In this document: positions 1-13,300 of the stretch, in pieces
How positions within the stretch are numbered: position 1 is the first letter of the stretch
Layout: each line of letters opens with the position of its first letter
Assembly (NCBI GenBank): GCA_964304625.1
Contig: OZ199838.1
Span: 2,517,502 to 2,581,501 of the forward strand
Length of the DNA stretch: 64,000 nucleotides
From: Kudoa neothunni
Lineage: Eukaryota > Animalia > Cnidaria
Direction: 5' to 3'
The notes under the pieces: model-generated
Database searches by the model: none
What the model saw: only the letters and a program-made list of their open reading frames with translations
Told to the model about the DNA's origin: nothing
Translations under genes and position numbers: made by a program

Positions 1-1214
1 AGGGAAGGTGCCCGTTTAGGCAATATATGCCATTAAAACCAACCAAATATGGTTTAAAATTCTTTCTGCTGGCGGACCCAAAGGATAAATATGTTCTTAA
101 CGTCCCTCCATGTCTTGGAAAAAACGGAAGTGAAGCTGGTCGAACCTTAAACGTGGGTGAAAACATTGTACTTTCTCTGACAACCCCATTTCATTATTCT
201 GGAAGAACGGTTGTTGCAGATAATTTTTTCACTTCTCTGGGGTTAGCAACAAAATTACTGGCGGAATAGTTAACATATTTGGGGACCATTCGTCACAACA
301 AACGAGATCTGCCATCTTGTGTTCTTCCAAACAGATGCAGAGAATTGTACAGTATCACGTTTGCGTTCTTCAAAAAAAATATGTTGACATCATACGTAAA
401 CGAAAAAGGCAAGGCTGTTATTATATTATCAACTGGCACCAACAATACAGAAACAGACAAGGAAATGGGCAAAAATAAGCCAGTAACTATCTTACACTAC
501 AACAGAACAAAGGGTGGCGTAGATACCATTGATAGAATGTTGTCGTCTGTTTCAGTTAGAAGATTTACTCGACGATGGCCATTGATTGTATTTTTTAATA
601 TGGTAGACTTATCTTTAACCAATGCTTTTGTGCTATTTAAATATATTTTTGTTGAACAAAAAAAATGCGACGTTAATTTATGAAAGAGATGGCCCAAGTC
701 CTTTACCGACCATTCCTTGCTAAAAATACACTTGACAAGAAAATTATCAAAAGGAGTCATTCAGCTCTCTCCGCCAAACCAGTGATTGCAGATTCTAATT
801 TGAAAAAGAGTCGATGCGAATTTTGTCCTCGACAGACTGATAAAAAAACTAACACCCGCTGTGTTAGCTTTTTCTGTCGAGACCATTCATCATAAAAATG
901 TAAGTTTTGTTAAAAATAATACCAGTTTTATAAAAAAATATAATATGTATTGTTTTTATTATTTCGCGTTATTAGACTTGTTTTATTTTACCGCCGAATA
1001 TTTACGAAACGCTATTTAAGCCAACCGAGCCAGATTAGATAAGATTAATGGTTTTATGAAATGTAGTTTCTCTGAGAATTCATTCGATAAAAATTCATTA
1101 TAATTTTTTGATCGCTTAATAATATTTTTTTGGTTATGTTTATGCAATAAAAACTTGGGGCCCCAAAGACCTCAAGTTCGTTGGAGGGTAGTCATTTTTA
1201 CATAACTTAGAGGT
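1..1214 (+). mobile_element. piggyBac (PGBD4-like) transposon, 3' part; transposase pseudogene
   Basis: ORFs 27-269, 279-683 and 680-895 carry piggyBac motifs PLKPTKYGLK, VVADNFFTS, GTIRHNK, YNRTKGGVDTID, RRWP and a C-terminal Cys-rich domain. They are broken by a stop (267-269) and a frameshift (~680). Subterminal GGGGCCCCAAAGACCTC (~1157); degenerate end AGAGGT followed by TTAA (1215-1218). Confidence 0.9.
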
Positions 1215-2160
1215 TTAAAAGATACACCAGAAGATGGCCTATGGTGGTTTTTTATAATATGATCGATATAAGTTTACTCAATTCGTTTTATCTATTTAAA
1301 ACGATATCTAATAATTCTAATATTTGTAGAAGCAATTATTTAGAACAACTTGCAGACTCATTAGTGGAGCCCACCAACAACCCAACTGTACTGATTTCGA
1401 CTGATGGAACCGTGAAGTCTATGGCGAAGTAAAGATGTAGCTTATGCGCTCGTCTGTCCAATACAAAAACAAATAATCAATGTTACAGCTGCTCCCAATT
1501 CTGTTGCAACAAACATTCGAGAACTATTTGTTGCGAGTGTATAACAAAAAATGATTGGTAAACTATAGTTGGTTCTTTATTATATACTTCATCATTTGTT
1601 TTGAGACGTTTTTCACTTAGTTAAGGGTCACTAATTATTTGATAAATAATTACTAATCCGTATTTTATCATCAATGATTGCCTATGTATGCCAGCAACCG
1701 TAGATTTGCCTAACTCATTCATATATAGAAAAATACCAGTTAAGCAATATTTTATATTTATTCGAAAAATTTTATTAAATAACTACTAGAATCGGTAAAA
1801 TGGCAATCATGTTTCCGAAAGAAAATATGTGTAATTTAAATTAGTAATGCAATTTAGTAAGTTCTATTATCTCTTAAATATCTAGAAAACACTGTAAAAA
1901 ATCGTAGGATGTACCTAAAAAGTCTTATATTAATATTTAAATACTTAAAATTAATTAATAAATGGTCGGCGAGCTTCGGCTGTTATCGGCACGCACATAA
2001 ATTATGATTATTTCGTTATCGCGCCGATAAAAAACTTTTTTAAAGAATGAAATTGTATATCACAATATTATGTATCAAAATAATAAATAAAAATCTGTGG
2101 TCTTCCTGGACCCCAAAACTGCTTGGTGTATATTCGTTTTTGACATGCTTCGAAGGTTAA
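1215..2160 (+). mobile_element. second piggyBac 3' remnant, interrupted by the first element
   Basis: KRYTRRWPMVVFYNMIDISLLNSF, then a Cys-rich tail (CSLC...CYSCSQFCCNKH...CCEC); subterminal GGTCTTCCTGGACCCC (~2099); end CTTCGAAGG-TTAA at 2157-2160. Confidence 0.8.
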
Positions 2161-4466
2161 TTCGAAGAACAAATTATTTAGACAGCGTGTTGATAATACT
2201 AATGATTTCTGTCACCAATAAATAAAAAAAAATTCAATTAACACATCCAATTTTATAACACTCGAAATTATTTTTTTATTTTCATCATAATTTTTGAACA
2301 ATTATAAATAAAAACATGCGTAAAACTTTCTTAATGAATGCTTACATCTTGAGAAAGTGTTGCAAAACAAATAAAATGTTTACTGTATTCAAAAGAAGTA
2401 GGAGGAAGGATTAGTAATCAATACAAATTTAATATATTTTGGTATGCATAGATTTCATAAAATTAATTAATCTACTGATTAAATTATGACTAAAAGTTTG
2501 TATCGTACATATTAGTTGGATTTTGTTTTGAAAAAGTCATAAATATTTTATTGGTACAGCTCTTACTTTCTTATATCGTAAATCGCCGTTTCTAGATCAA
2601 TGACCATAGATAACATTTGGTAATTTCGTTTACCAAAAATTTTGTACGTTTTACTCGGATAAATTAGAGCATCATTCATAGAAATAGTAGATATTTTAAA
2701 TGTTTGGCGTTTATTTGTAGTTCTCATTTCACCATGACCCTTCATAATGGATCATTTATTACCCAAAATCTATTTTAAAGAGGACAGAGATTTTATGTTA
2801 AAATAATTGAGGAGATTAGTTTTTCTATTTTTTCATTCGATATGCTTTCATAATATTGCATTATATCCACTTTATCTTCAAAAGAATGAAACTGCTCTGT
2901 TGTCTTCAAATGCCCGCGAGTCGTAAATTTGAGCTAATTCTTATTTACTGCAAATTAAAACAAAAACTAAGGTTTTAATAATTTCGTATAATTTTTATGC
3001 TATTATTTGATTTACTTTAATTAGTAACAGAATTGTGTAAGTCATAACATCATGTAGGGTGCCCATGAGTGGTAGTGCGCACGAGCCGTCGCCTACTGTA
3101 TTTCCTAAATGTAGAATTCTCTGGAAGTTTTATCGAAATTTTTTTGAGACCATTTAAAGTCGGTTTGATAACTTCATTCTCTGAGTCATCAGATCAAACC
3201 ATATATAAATCTTCATAAACGAGCATTTTTTATGGCAAAATTTCATCATTACGCGTTGTCTTAGACTCGAGAATATCAGCGTCAGGATTGACCATCATTT
3301 TCTGGTTAAGAAGTTTTAATATAAACTTCCTATTACTGAAGTCGAGGTCTATTACATTTAAAAAATTGATGCATTTGTGCCAAATGTTCACATGTTTACT
3401 GTAGTGAACACTTCTTTATATGCTTTGTATCCATACATGCTGTGAGTAACCAATTATTAAATAACTAAATGATAAATGACCACTCATAGGGACGTTAAAT
3501 CGTATTTTCTATTACTGCCACACGGAATTTTTGAATATATAAAATATACAACAAAATATCGCAGGATTTTGTATAAAACCAAGGTGTTACGAACGACGGA
3601 TCGATGACACGAATATGTGGCCAAATGATTGAGAATCATAAGATCGAACTTAGGTTCAAGCCAATGCGCTTGCCCTTCGAGTATCTACCCATATTGGAAG
3701 TTGTGGTAGGATAGACAGTCACGATTATACGAAATACACTAGAAGTTATAATTCAGTCTAATAGAGAGGATAGAATTAAACGTTTGTGTCGTCGGATTTG
3801 TATTAGGCTGATGAATTCTTGTAGATCTCACAAATCCGACGTTCTCATAACTTTCACAGCCAAGATATAGGATATTTACCGCCTTGACATAAGGATGTGG
3901 CTTAATAAAAATTCAAAATTATAGAGAAAATGTAAGACGAGGATTAAATTTGACTCTTCGAAGCCTAAAGTTTTCGTATTTTCTGCTTGTGCCATCGAGT
4001 ATGAAAACCATAATAAACTATGCCAAGTGCTACATTTTGTGGTTGATAAACTTGAAATTGTAAAACATACTTTATTGTATGCTAAGTTTTTTCATTAATT
4101 AGTATTTTAATTAAATCCAATATTTTCCGTGATAATTAAAAAAAGGCTAAAATACAACGATACAAATTTAATTTGATAACCCTAGTTAATAAAAATACGC
4201 CATGAGAAAATTTAAAAATACATTAAAAGAAACAAACATTAACATTACTAATAAAATAAATTTTAGGTTAATTTGTGTAGAAATTTTATTTAATCTTAAA
4301 TAAATTATCTGGGTATCAAAACTGTGATTGAATTACCATTAGATATAAATTATTTTACAGGTATATTAGTGCTATAGATGAAAGATCGGTAGATAATTGC
4401 GACGAATAGTATAAAATCGTGTAATATTAAGATAAATACATATTTATTAATAGTTAACTCTTCTTT

Positions 4467-7400
4467 ATGATGATCGTAGAAGTTTTTTTATATGTGACCT
4501 TAATTGTTTTCCAAAGTAATTATTTTGAATGAATTCACTCTATCGCTAAATTCGAAGAGCAATCAACACCAACAAATAATGAAGAACAATGCTTCTCTTG
4601 TATATGGAAGAAAAACAGAAATTGGTGCATAGATGGGGTAAATTACAAAGAAGAACATTATTTATATAGCTGACGATTAAAGCGAATCTCAGTAAGTAAT
4701 AAATGTGTATTGGCGGAAGGTAGTGACTGCAAGTCTTTTGTCGAAAATAAAACATTAGTGGAAAATAGTGTAAAAATTATACAAATATTAATTGATTTAA
4801 TATGTTCCTGATTGTAGTCATTTAGGTACACGACGGACCTGTAACTGATATAGATATCAAAAACAGTCAACCACTCAAATTTTTCCGATTATCTCCAAGT
4901 AGAATGATTCATTTTTTCGTAGATTATAAATTTCATAGAACGCCGCAAAAGAATTAAATCCCGAAATACAGTTTTATTGTTTCATCGAGACAAAGTTCAA
5001 CTTTATTTTATACTGGATATGTCATTAAAAGGGTCAGTTTTTTGGGAACATATAAAAACGATAAGTTACTTTTTCTATTATCCATTAACTCAAATTCATC
5101 TTATAGTTTCGGAACTAAAACCTTATATCTCTATGAAGAAGGGTATCGGAATTTTACACACAAAATTATACTCATCGAATAAGTATGTTTTCTAAACAAA
5201 GCCTCGTCATTACCTAAATGGTCTTTAGAAATATATATGATTTTAAGAATTTGATTGGATTGACCGAAGATGAAAATATAATTGTTACTTTACAAAAAGA
5301 ACAAATTATTTTAATATGTTTTATAGAATACAGCCTTAGATGACCTTGATCGACAACCTCTACATCACACGCATTCCACCAGTTTTCATACGCACAAAAA
5401 TGCCGCAATAGATTCAATTATTCAAACGGTTATATGCGATAAGCAGGTTTATAAAATATTCTGAAGATCACTTAACTATTAGATAATAGATCAATTGGGA
5501 CCCTGACATAACGAGAGCAAAGTTTATTATTCTAGTTACAGACAAATTACCAATCAAATACTCTCCTACGCAAGTAAAATTAATAAAACTCTCATTATTT
5601 AAAAGATTTATGCTCTCATTATATTAAATAGATGCCTATATCATATATAACCAACAAAATCAAATGTGAAATTTCGAGCTCAGGAATATACAGAAATAAA
5701 GTAAAATAAACCCATTAATACGTATATAAATCATATAGAAAAAAATTGCGGACGATAATATATTCCATTCTACTCTTATTAAAAATAAGGTTGAATTATT
5801 TATAGTTACATCCAAACAGAAAGTTCAATCATTCTACAAAGTAGTAAGTAGCTCGAATGTTACTGCAACTGAATTCATAATTCGAAGAAATTTCTTATGT
5901 ATAATAATTATACTCATGGGGAAGTTTTCAAATATAGTCCATCAGCTTCGCTTATTCATTCATTGGTCGAATTCATCAATGTAAGTAAACTTTTATAAAA
6001 GTAATTCTAAGTAACATTTCTTATTCACATAGTCTCGAATGAGAGAATTTAGACTGTTAGCTCCCAAGAATGATAGCTATTTTTCTATCTCTGTTCAACA
6101 GACCTATGTGTACAATTATTATATTTTTACAATATCCTATTTATGATGGATATTGTTAATTAGTCATACTTTAGATCAAAATTACGGTCCCCGCTGTTTT
6201 CTAAAATAACCATATCAATTGAAGTTAATAAATGTCTACCAGAAAATAAAATTAAAATGTATTATTACATGTTATTCTAACTAGCTTGATTCTTTGCTGT
6301 ATGATACAGCTATGAAATCACATTTACTGGCCTGGGAGTTGTAGAAATGTGGTTGAATACATTTGATTGCTCTTGTGCCTGCGAAAATCCTATGCACCCA
6401 ACATATGTAAAATAACTTTTCAGCTATAGAATTATGATATTAGATAAACTAATCGTTATCATAATTATAATCATAGGAAATTAATAGTGTTATGTGCTCA
6501 CTAAATGGTGATTTGGTTTGTGGACGTTGTAGATGTAATGAACACAGGTAATAAATTGTTTATTCAAATGGTGATTTGTTAATTAATTTACAGTTTAGGC
6601 GAGCAGTGTGATACATTAATAACTTACGCGGATAAAAAATCTGAGAAAAATCCGGCTAAGGGATGTCAATTGATTAATAGTTTTAGTGAAACAAGTACAT
6701 TAATATAAAAACTAATAATCATGTAATAAACTCATTATACTCATAAACAGACAATATTTGTGATTATGAAAAGTTCAAATTTTCTCTGTTATCGCAAAAC
6801 TGTCTGGATTCCTCAAGCAATAAAGTTGATAATAACATAAATATATTTTAAATCTCTTTAGATGTGTAATAACAGGGGTGAATGTTTGGTTGGAAGATGC
6901 ATGTGTGTGATAGGCTATAAAGGAAAATATTGTGAAATTCCTGTTAGAATCTCTATCATAATAAAATAGTTTTAATAATAAAAAATAATAATATTTAGGA
7001 AATATATGGAATTTGCATCATTTCAACGGTTTGTCTAACTGAAAAATTTAGATTAAAAAATATGACCCAAATTTTTTGGAGCATGAATTATCATGAAGAA
7101 TTTTGTTCAAAGTTAACGCTAGGAAACAAAGACATATCTTACGACAAAAAGTTCACTTGCTACTTTGATATTCTTCCTTGTGTCTATAAATACAATATAT
7201 TGATCAAAAACAGTCTTATTTTCGTGAAACTTGATGAAAAATATTGGAAACGTACATTCAAACTTAATTATTAATTATAAATTGATTAAAAACTAGTTTG
7301 TCGTACCATTCGGCATAGAGATATGATGATATTAGGATACGTTGGGGCAACAACTGGAGTTATGTTCACATTGATTGTGGTGTATGTATTGGCCAGAAAT

Positions 7401-7520
7401 GGAACACATACGACGTATTTATTTTCTTTATTTTTCTGTATTATTACATATTGATTTTATTTAGTTCGTCATATAGGGATTGGTTTAGACTTTGTCAAAA
7501 TGTCGCACATTACACCGTAA
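4467..7520 (+). CDS. integrin beta subunit, highly divergent, multi-exon (3' end approximate)
   Basis: Hand-spliced through ~40-55 nt GT-AG introns: signal peptide MMIVEVFLYVTLIVFQ; PSI CFSCIWKKNRNWC; beta-I segments VQLYFILDMS, YDFKNLIGLTED, AAIDSIIQTVICD, INW..TRAKFIILVTD; DCSCAC; I-EGF repeats CSLNGDLVCGRCRC and CNNRGECLVGRCMCVIGYKGKYCE; TM MILGYVGATTGVMFTLIVVYVLA (~7326-7395). Confidence 0.85.
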
Positions 7521-10357
7521 ATTTCATGTCAAGTTTTTTATATAAACTTTAATGTAACAACTGAATTAGAAAATACAAAAATGTGAATTTTCTATATTCA
7601 TTAGATTCAAATTTATTATTGCTATACAATGCTCAAATAATTATCAATGCGATTTTTAAATAATTTATTAAAAAATGAAAATTTTACTCATGTAAAAAAT
7701 ATTCAGTTAAATTCGGTTGTAAATTAATTCAAAAAGGTGCAATCGAACTCGAATATATTGTAATTCAATACTCCTTAATATTGCTATTTTTAAGATATAT
7801 ATAAAACTGCGCGTAAATATTTTCCCTTAAAATAATTATTAACCTGATTAAAAAAAGTCGTACTCCATAAAAATTTAAAAAGTATAAAATATTTGAATAA
7901 TCTAAATCTCGATGTCGCTATATGGCCGAATATAATTAAATATAGAAAACTCTAAATAAATTAAAACCCTATACATAAAGTATAATTAGGAGTTATCTGG
8001 ATTAAAAATGGATATTGCGAAAGCGTAGATGTCACATTGAATTAAAAATGCTCATGTCAAAAGCCAATACTTTAAAAAAATATATGTAATTTTATGAAAT
8101 CTCAGAATAATCCGATAAAGAGCAATCAATCATAACCAGTTAATTAAGTCTTCATTCTATCTGACTAGTAAATCGAATTTCTAAAAAACGAGATGCGTGA
8201 TAACGAGAGTGTGAGCGTGTTATGGCAAGACAAGCAAAATTACTAAAATGCTAAACGTGATATTCGTTGCGTCAAAAATGGATTAACTAAGGAAAATTGA
8301 GAGACCTGTGATCTTTATAACTTCAACAAAGAAACCACACTTCGGTATACTCTCAAACCCAATATTTAACATAATTACTCCATAATTGTCTTAAATTCAA
8401 TTTAAGTAAGATTAAGTTTATAGTGCATTTAAAGGTGAAGAAAGCATTTAATTTGTATCATGCTTCATAAAACCGTCTATTTTTATTTGCAATGCGGTCG
8501 CTTATTAGCCGAATTCTAAAACCCTAGCTTTTATAATTTCCGAAAGGGTGAACGAGATGAAAGGCGCGATGTGACACGCGTAGAAACCCTATTTCTTGTA
8601 TTTTTTGCTGATCTCACGCTCCCTGAAAATTTTTGAATAATAGAAAGACTAAGGGGTTATAAAGTGACTGTAATTAGGAAGTATTTGATTAAGAAACGAA
8701 AAATTGAAAAATTAAATTATTTATTCATGAATTATAATGAAATTTATTCGTGATATGTTAATCATTCTTGCATAATTTCCTGTATTCATAATAAAATTTT
8801 AAGATACTTGCAGTTAAATCAGTGATTATATGATCCTTATTAATTACTTTCGAGTTCGATTAGTATTTAAGATGTCCACCAGTTATTTTTGCGACCTTTT
8901 AAATTAATAATTTTATCAACCAATATTTAATAATAATATAAACCTTTACACCAAGTGTGAAAAATGCGCCGTTATATGCTGCATAAGCTGGAAATTAGGT
9001 GAATGAATTTTCATGTAAAACTTAGAAATTTTGTAGTAGAAATGTTCTTGTTACAAACATGTAAACAGAAACATATAATATTTTGTGCGTATGGAGAAAT
9101 GCGTTTTCGTGGCAATAGACAGCCCCGGTATGGGATTATACGTTGACGTGGTAAGAGTCACGGTCTATTTTTTATGGATTCGTGTTTTTATTCTCAATGA
9201 CCGATCAAATTTGGTCAAATAAATATACAATGATTAATATAAAGTTATTAAATAATAAAATAACATATCTTTGTGAGGGGCGAATATTATTACTATATAG
9301 CAATTTAAAATGGTGTCGATTAACATATGTAATGGAATTTTAAAATATAATGAAAAATTATTTAACAAATTTAACTATAAGGAATCTGATTTTTAGATTA
9401 ACGCATTTATAACCAGATTTGATTTTATGAAAATGATTCATGACAATAAAATATTGCGTATATATTAATAAGATATAAAATATCAAAAGAAATTATATAT
9501 CAACATTCAACTAATGTTTGGATTCTTTACATAAAAAAGTATATTATATAAGGGAAATAAATTTTTATGACGAGACTATCTCTAATGATATAATTACCAC
9601 TCTTAATTGGAATGTTGAAAAAACAACGAAAAGAATATTCTACTGATTATATTTATCAAATAAATGGCTTTGTCTTTTAAACCAGAAACCACCTGGCGTA
9701 AAATTTACATTTCCAGTACCTTATGTAATTAGCGGAAAAATTATTTAAAAACAGATAACAACAATATAAATGTTCTAATTTTTAAAAACGTGTTACTATA
9801 TTGAAAAATGATAAAAATATATTTGTTTTCTAAGAATTATTATTTAAAAGTATTGTTTATGGCTTAAATTACACCCAAAGAAAGATACAAACAAATCCAT
9901 ATATGCATGCGCGACCAAAAACTACGTAAAACTGGTTAAATGACTAATTCAACGCTATCGTATCTTTGTATTGAATTGAATTTGCGCTAACACACAATTT
10001 TAAATCTCGACAAATAAATAACGAATGTTTTCGGTTCAATCTTGTTGATTAGCTGTCAACAACAGACGCGCTTTTTTTCTCGCCCCTGAAGGGATCAGGT
10101 AAAAGTGGTTACCTACTGTACATCTAAAATTTGTAATTGATTGAATTTACGTTATTATATACAATTACCACACGGAGACAAGTGAAAAAAATAGAAACCT
10201 ACAACCAAACTTTGTATTCCAACTGTTTATATCGAAAAAATTATGGACTATTTCGAATTCCAAAAATGTCTAATCACTAATAGAAATAGATCGAAATAAA
10301 TAAGACAAACTAATTTAACAGTTTAGTTAAATAACTATAATAGCGAATTAAAAGGAA

Positions 10358-13300
10358 CTAATGTTTAATAAGATTTGAGGTTTGGGTCGTGTTTTTAGAT
10401 TTCGATTGCATCATATAAGATGGTTTTGAGGCCGATCTACTCATCAATCCGACTGATGAAAGAGCGTGAGTTCTCATTGTAGAATTTGACAATACAATAA
10501 TCAAGAAAAAGAATATTCCCTGGGAAGCATTGGTTATAACGAAAACCAATTCTCCTTTCCCACCATCGTCAATGAAGATTAAATATTGGAATATCAATGG
10601 CAGACCCAAAAGAATCGCTAAGAAGAATATCTGTTTGGCCTTGGATAGGGTTGATCCACTTTTACCCCTTTTCTTTTCCGCTCGTCTCAAATTGCAGATT
10701 ACATATATACAAACGAACACACTAAACAAAACAACAACACCGCTAGGTATTGTTGTTGTGTAAAAACTCGTAGCGCCAGTTACTACACAGCTAAGGAAAT
10801 CAATGAATAAATAGAGTTCAATGACAAGACGTTACTTTGAATTCTTTGCGTAATTGTTCCTCATAAACACAACACACAGCGATGTAATCACTCCTGGAAT
10901 AGCTATAAAAAATTCTTAAATGAAAAATCAAGGTATATCTATATTACCCCAAGATAGTGCTAAACATAATTTGAAGACAATTCCAGGAATTTTCTTCATG
11001 GTAAAAATAAGCGTATGGAATAATAAATAGGTGTTGAGCAAGAAGGAATAATAAACCGTTTGCAACATTACATGAAGACTGATCGCCAAAGCGAAACAGA
11101 CCTTTGGTTTATTTTTAAAGATATTAATAGAAACAAAGAATGCTTGTAGGAAAAACAAAGAAATGCATAATCCAATTTGTGCTTTAACACGCATAGTTCT
11201 TCTTGTTCTAAAATCAAAATATGAGTTGAGACTGCTGAACATGATAGGTAATCATGATTACTCTGAGGTGATTAGACAAATCAATGTTAGAAATAAACAG
11301 ACCAACGATATTACTGCTAAACAAAGAGAAACTTCGGTTTGACGATATTTGTTAGCATCAGACGAAGTAGCATCGTCCCTCTCCCTGAAATCAAACACCA
11401 CAGCATAGCTTGTAGTATGATTACATGAGCAAGTGACATTTATTCGATTTTGGGGCAGTTCGGTCCTACTGAGGGGATAACAATGTACTTGTTCCCATTT
11501 GAGTGTACTTCCTAAACAGTGAATTATATTTTGTTAACTAGGAGCGTAATTTCTCGTAAAATAATGTAGTAATTTAAATATACTGTTTAATGTACAACAT
11601 TTGGTGTATAGGACATCGGCAGCATTATTAATAATCTGGCTGAATGTAAAATTAATCTTTTTATTCTCTTGGTTTTTAATTTTCAAAACGATAATATCAC
11701 CAGCTACCATCACATTATCCTTGGACTGAGTTACCACAGGTTGGGCTTTAGTGATAGCCAAGGCAACCTGATTTTCAGCAGTTGGGGTATTGGGAGTGTT
11801 ACTATCCAGTGTGTCTATTTGAATGGACATGGTAGTTTCAGAATCACTTGTTGTGGTACTATTTTCGCTCCTATTTTTAGCAGTTAATGGTGTACACATT
11901 ATTGTATAAATACTTGGTTGAATATTGAATCACATTAGAATCTTCAGCTACATCAAATGCTTTAAACTTAAAATGATCATTAGAAATTTCCTCAGTTTTT
12001 TCCATATTTAATATGATGTCATCGAGAATGTTAACAGCCTGGAAAAATTTCCTAAAATATCATAATTATGGTGTACCAAATAGCAGAAAAATACTCTTCT
12101 TTGTTTTCGACTATCGCAGGAGTAGTAGTTTCTTGGGTATTACCAGTTTCTGGTTCAGGAGTTGTTTCCTCCTTTGCATCACCACTTCTATCTAGATTCA
12201 AATATATATTTTATCGATCACAATATATAAATTATTTACCGTTCAAAATGTCAATCCATGCAGTGCTAATTTCGGTCACAGACTAAAATTATTCATTGGA
12301 AATAATTTTCAATGGGATAATATTACTATTTTTTTATCTTCATCCAATAATTTTAATTTGTTTTTATTGAAAATGCTTACATTATTAAATATTTCGGTCC
12401 ATCTTAATTCTACCATCATATAAATATAAATGTATATATTATTATTGCAAACTTATATCAAAATCCAATTTTTGTCGTTGTTCAAGGTAGGCAGAATCAT
12501 AAAAGAATGTGTAGAATATTTTAGTGTTGCGTTGACCAAATGAAATTTTGCATAGCTTATTTGGGCACAAAACCGTTTTAAACCCGTTGGATTTCTCCTC
12601 AGGTTGTAGATTTCCGTCGGCTAATGTCCAATTCAAACTAATTTGGCTATAATCCTCTACTAATGTGATTTCCAAATATAGTTCGCCATCCAGAAAATAA
12701 TTTTCAAATTTGAACTGTGATCTCACTATAAAGTTAATTTATATCTACCGATTGTTAGCACAAATTCACCTTTATCAATATCTAATGATTTTTCCTCCGA
12801 AAATATTACAGACTTAACTTTTACGACACAATCTTTCTTGATATCGTAAACAAATTTGGCGTCGCATTTACTTTCCACACATGAAACTAATTTATTAACA
12901 CTTTGTTCCCCAGTGATACCTTTAACATTTTTATCATCACTGCACGCAATTGTTAGATTCAATGGAAATTTCTGGTAAGGTTCATCGAGAACAAACTTTA
13001 AATTTAACGATCCCGAATCAAGGTTGTGGTCGACTTTATACGCAACTTTTGCTACAAATAAAAAATAGTTCGATGTTTAATTATTAATCTATTATTTTAC
13101 GTGGGGTATAATCATAGGTGTAGGTCTCAGCAAATTTTTCAGATGTTACGGATATCGTTACTGGATTATAATAATCATTCATTGATAACTCAGTTGTGCA
13201 TACACCCTTATCGCAGATAACGTTCTTATCAGACTCAACGAGGTTAGAATCGTCTTTGGCATTATTTACTAGGTATTTGATATCTAATTTTATTGATGGA

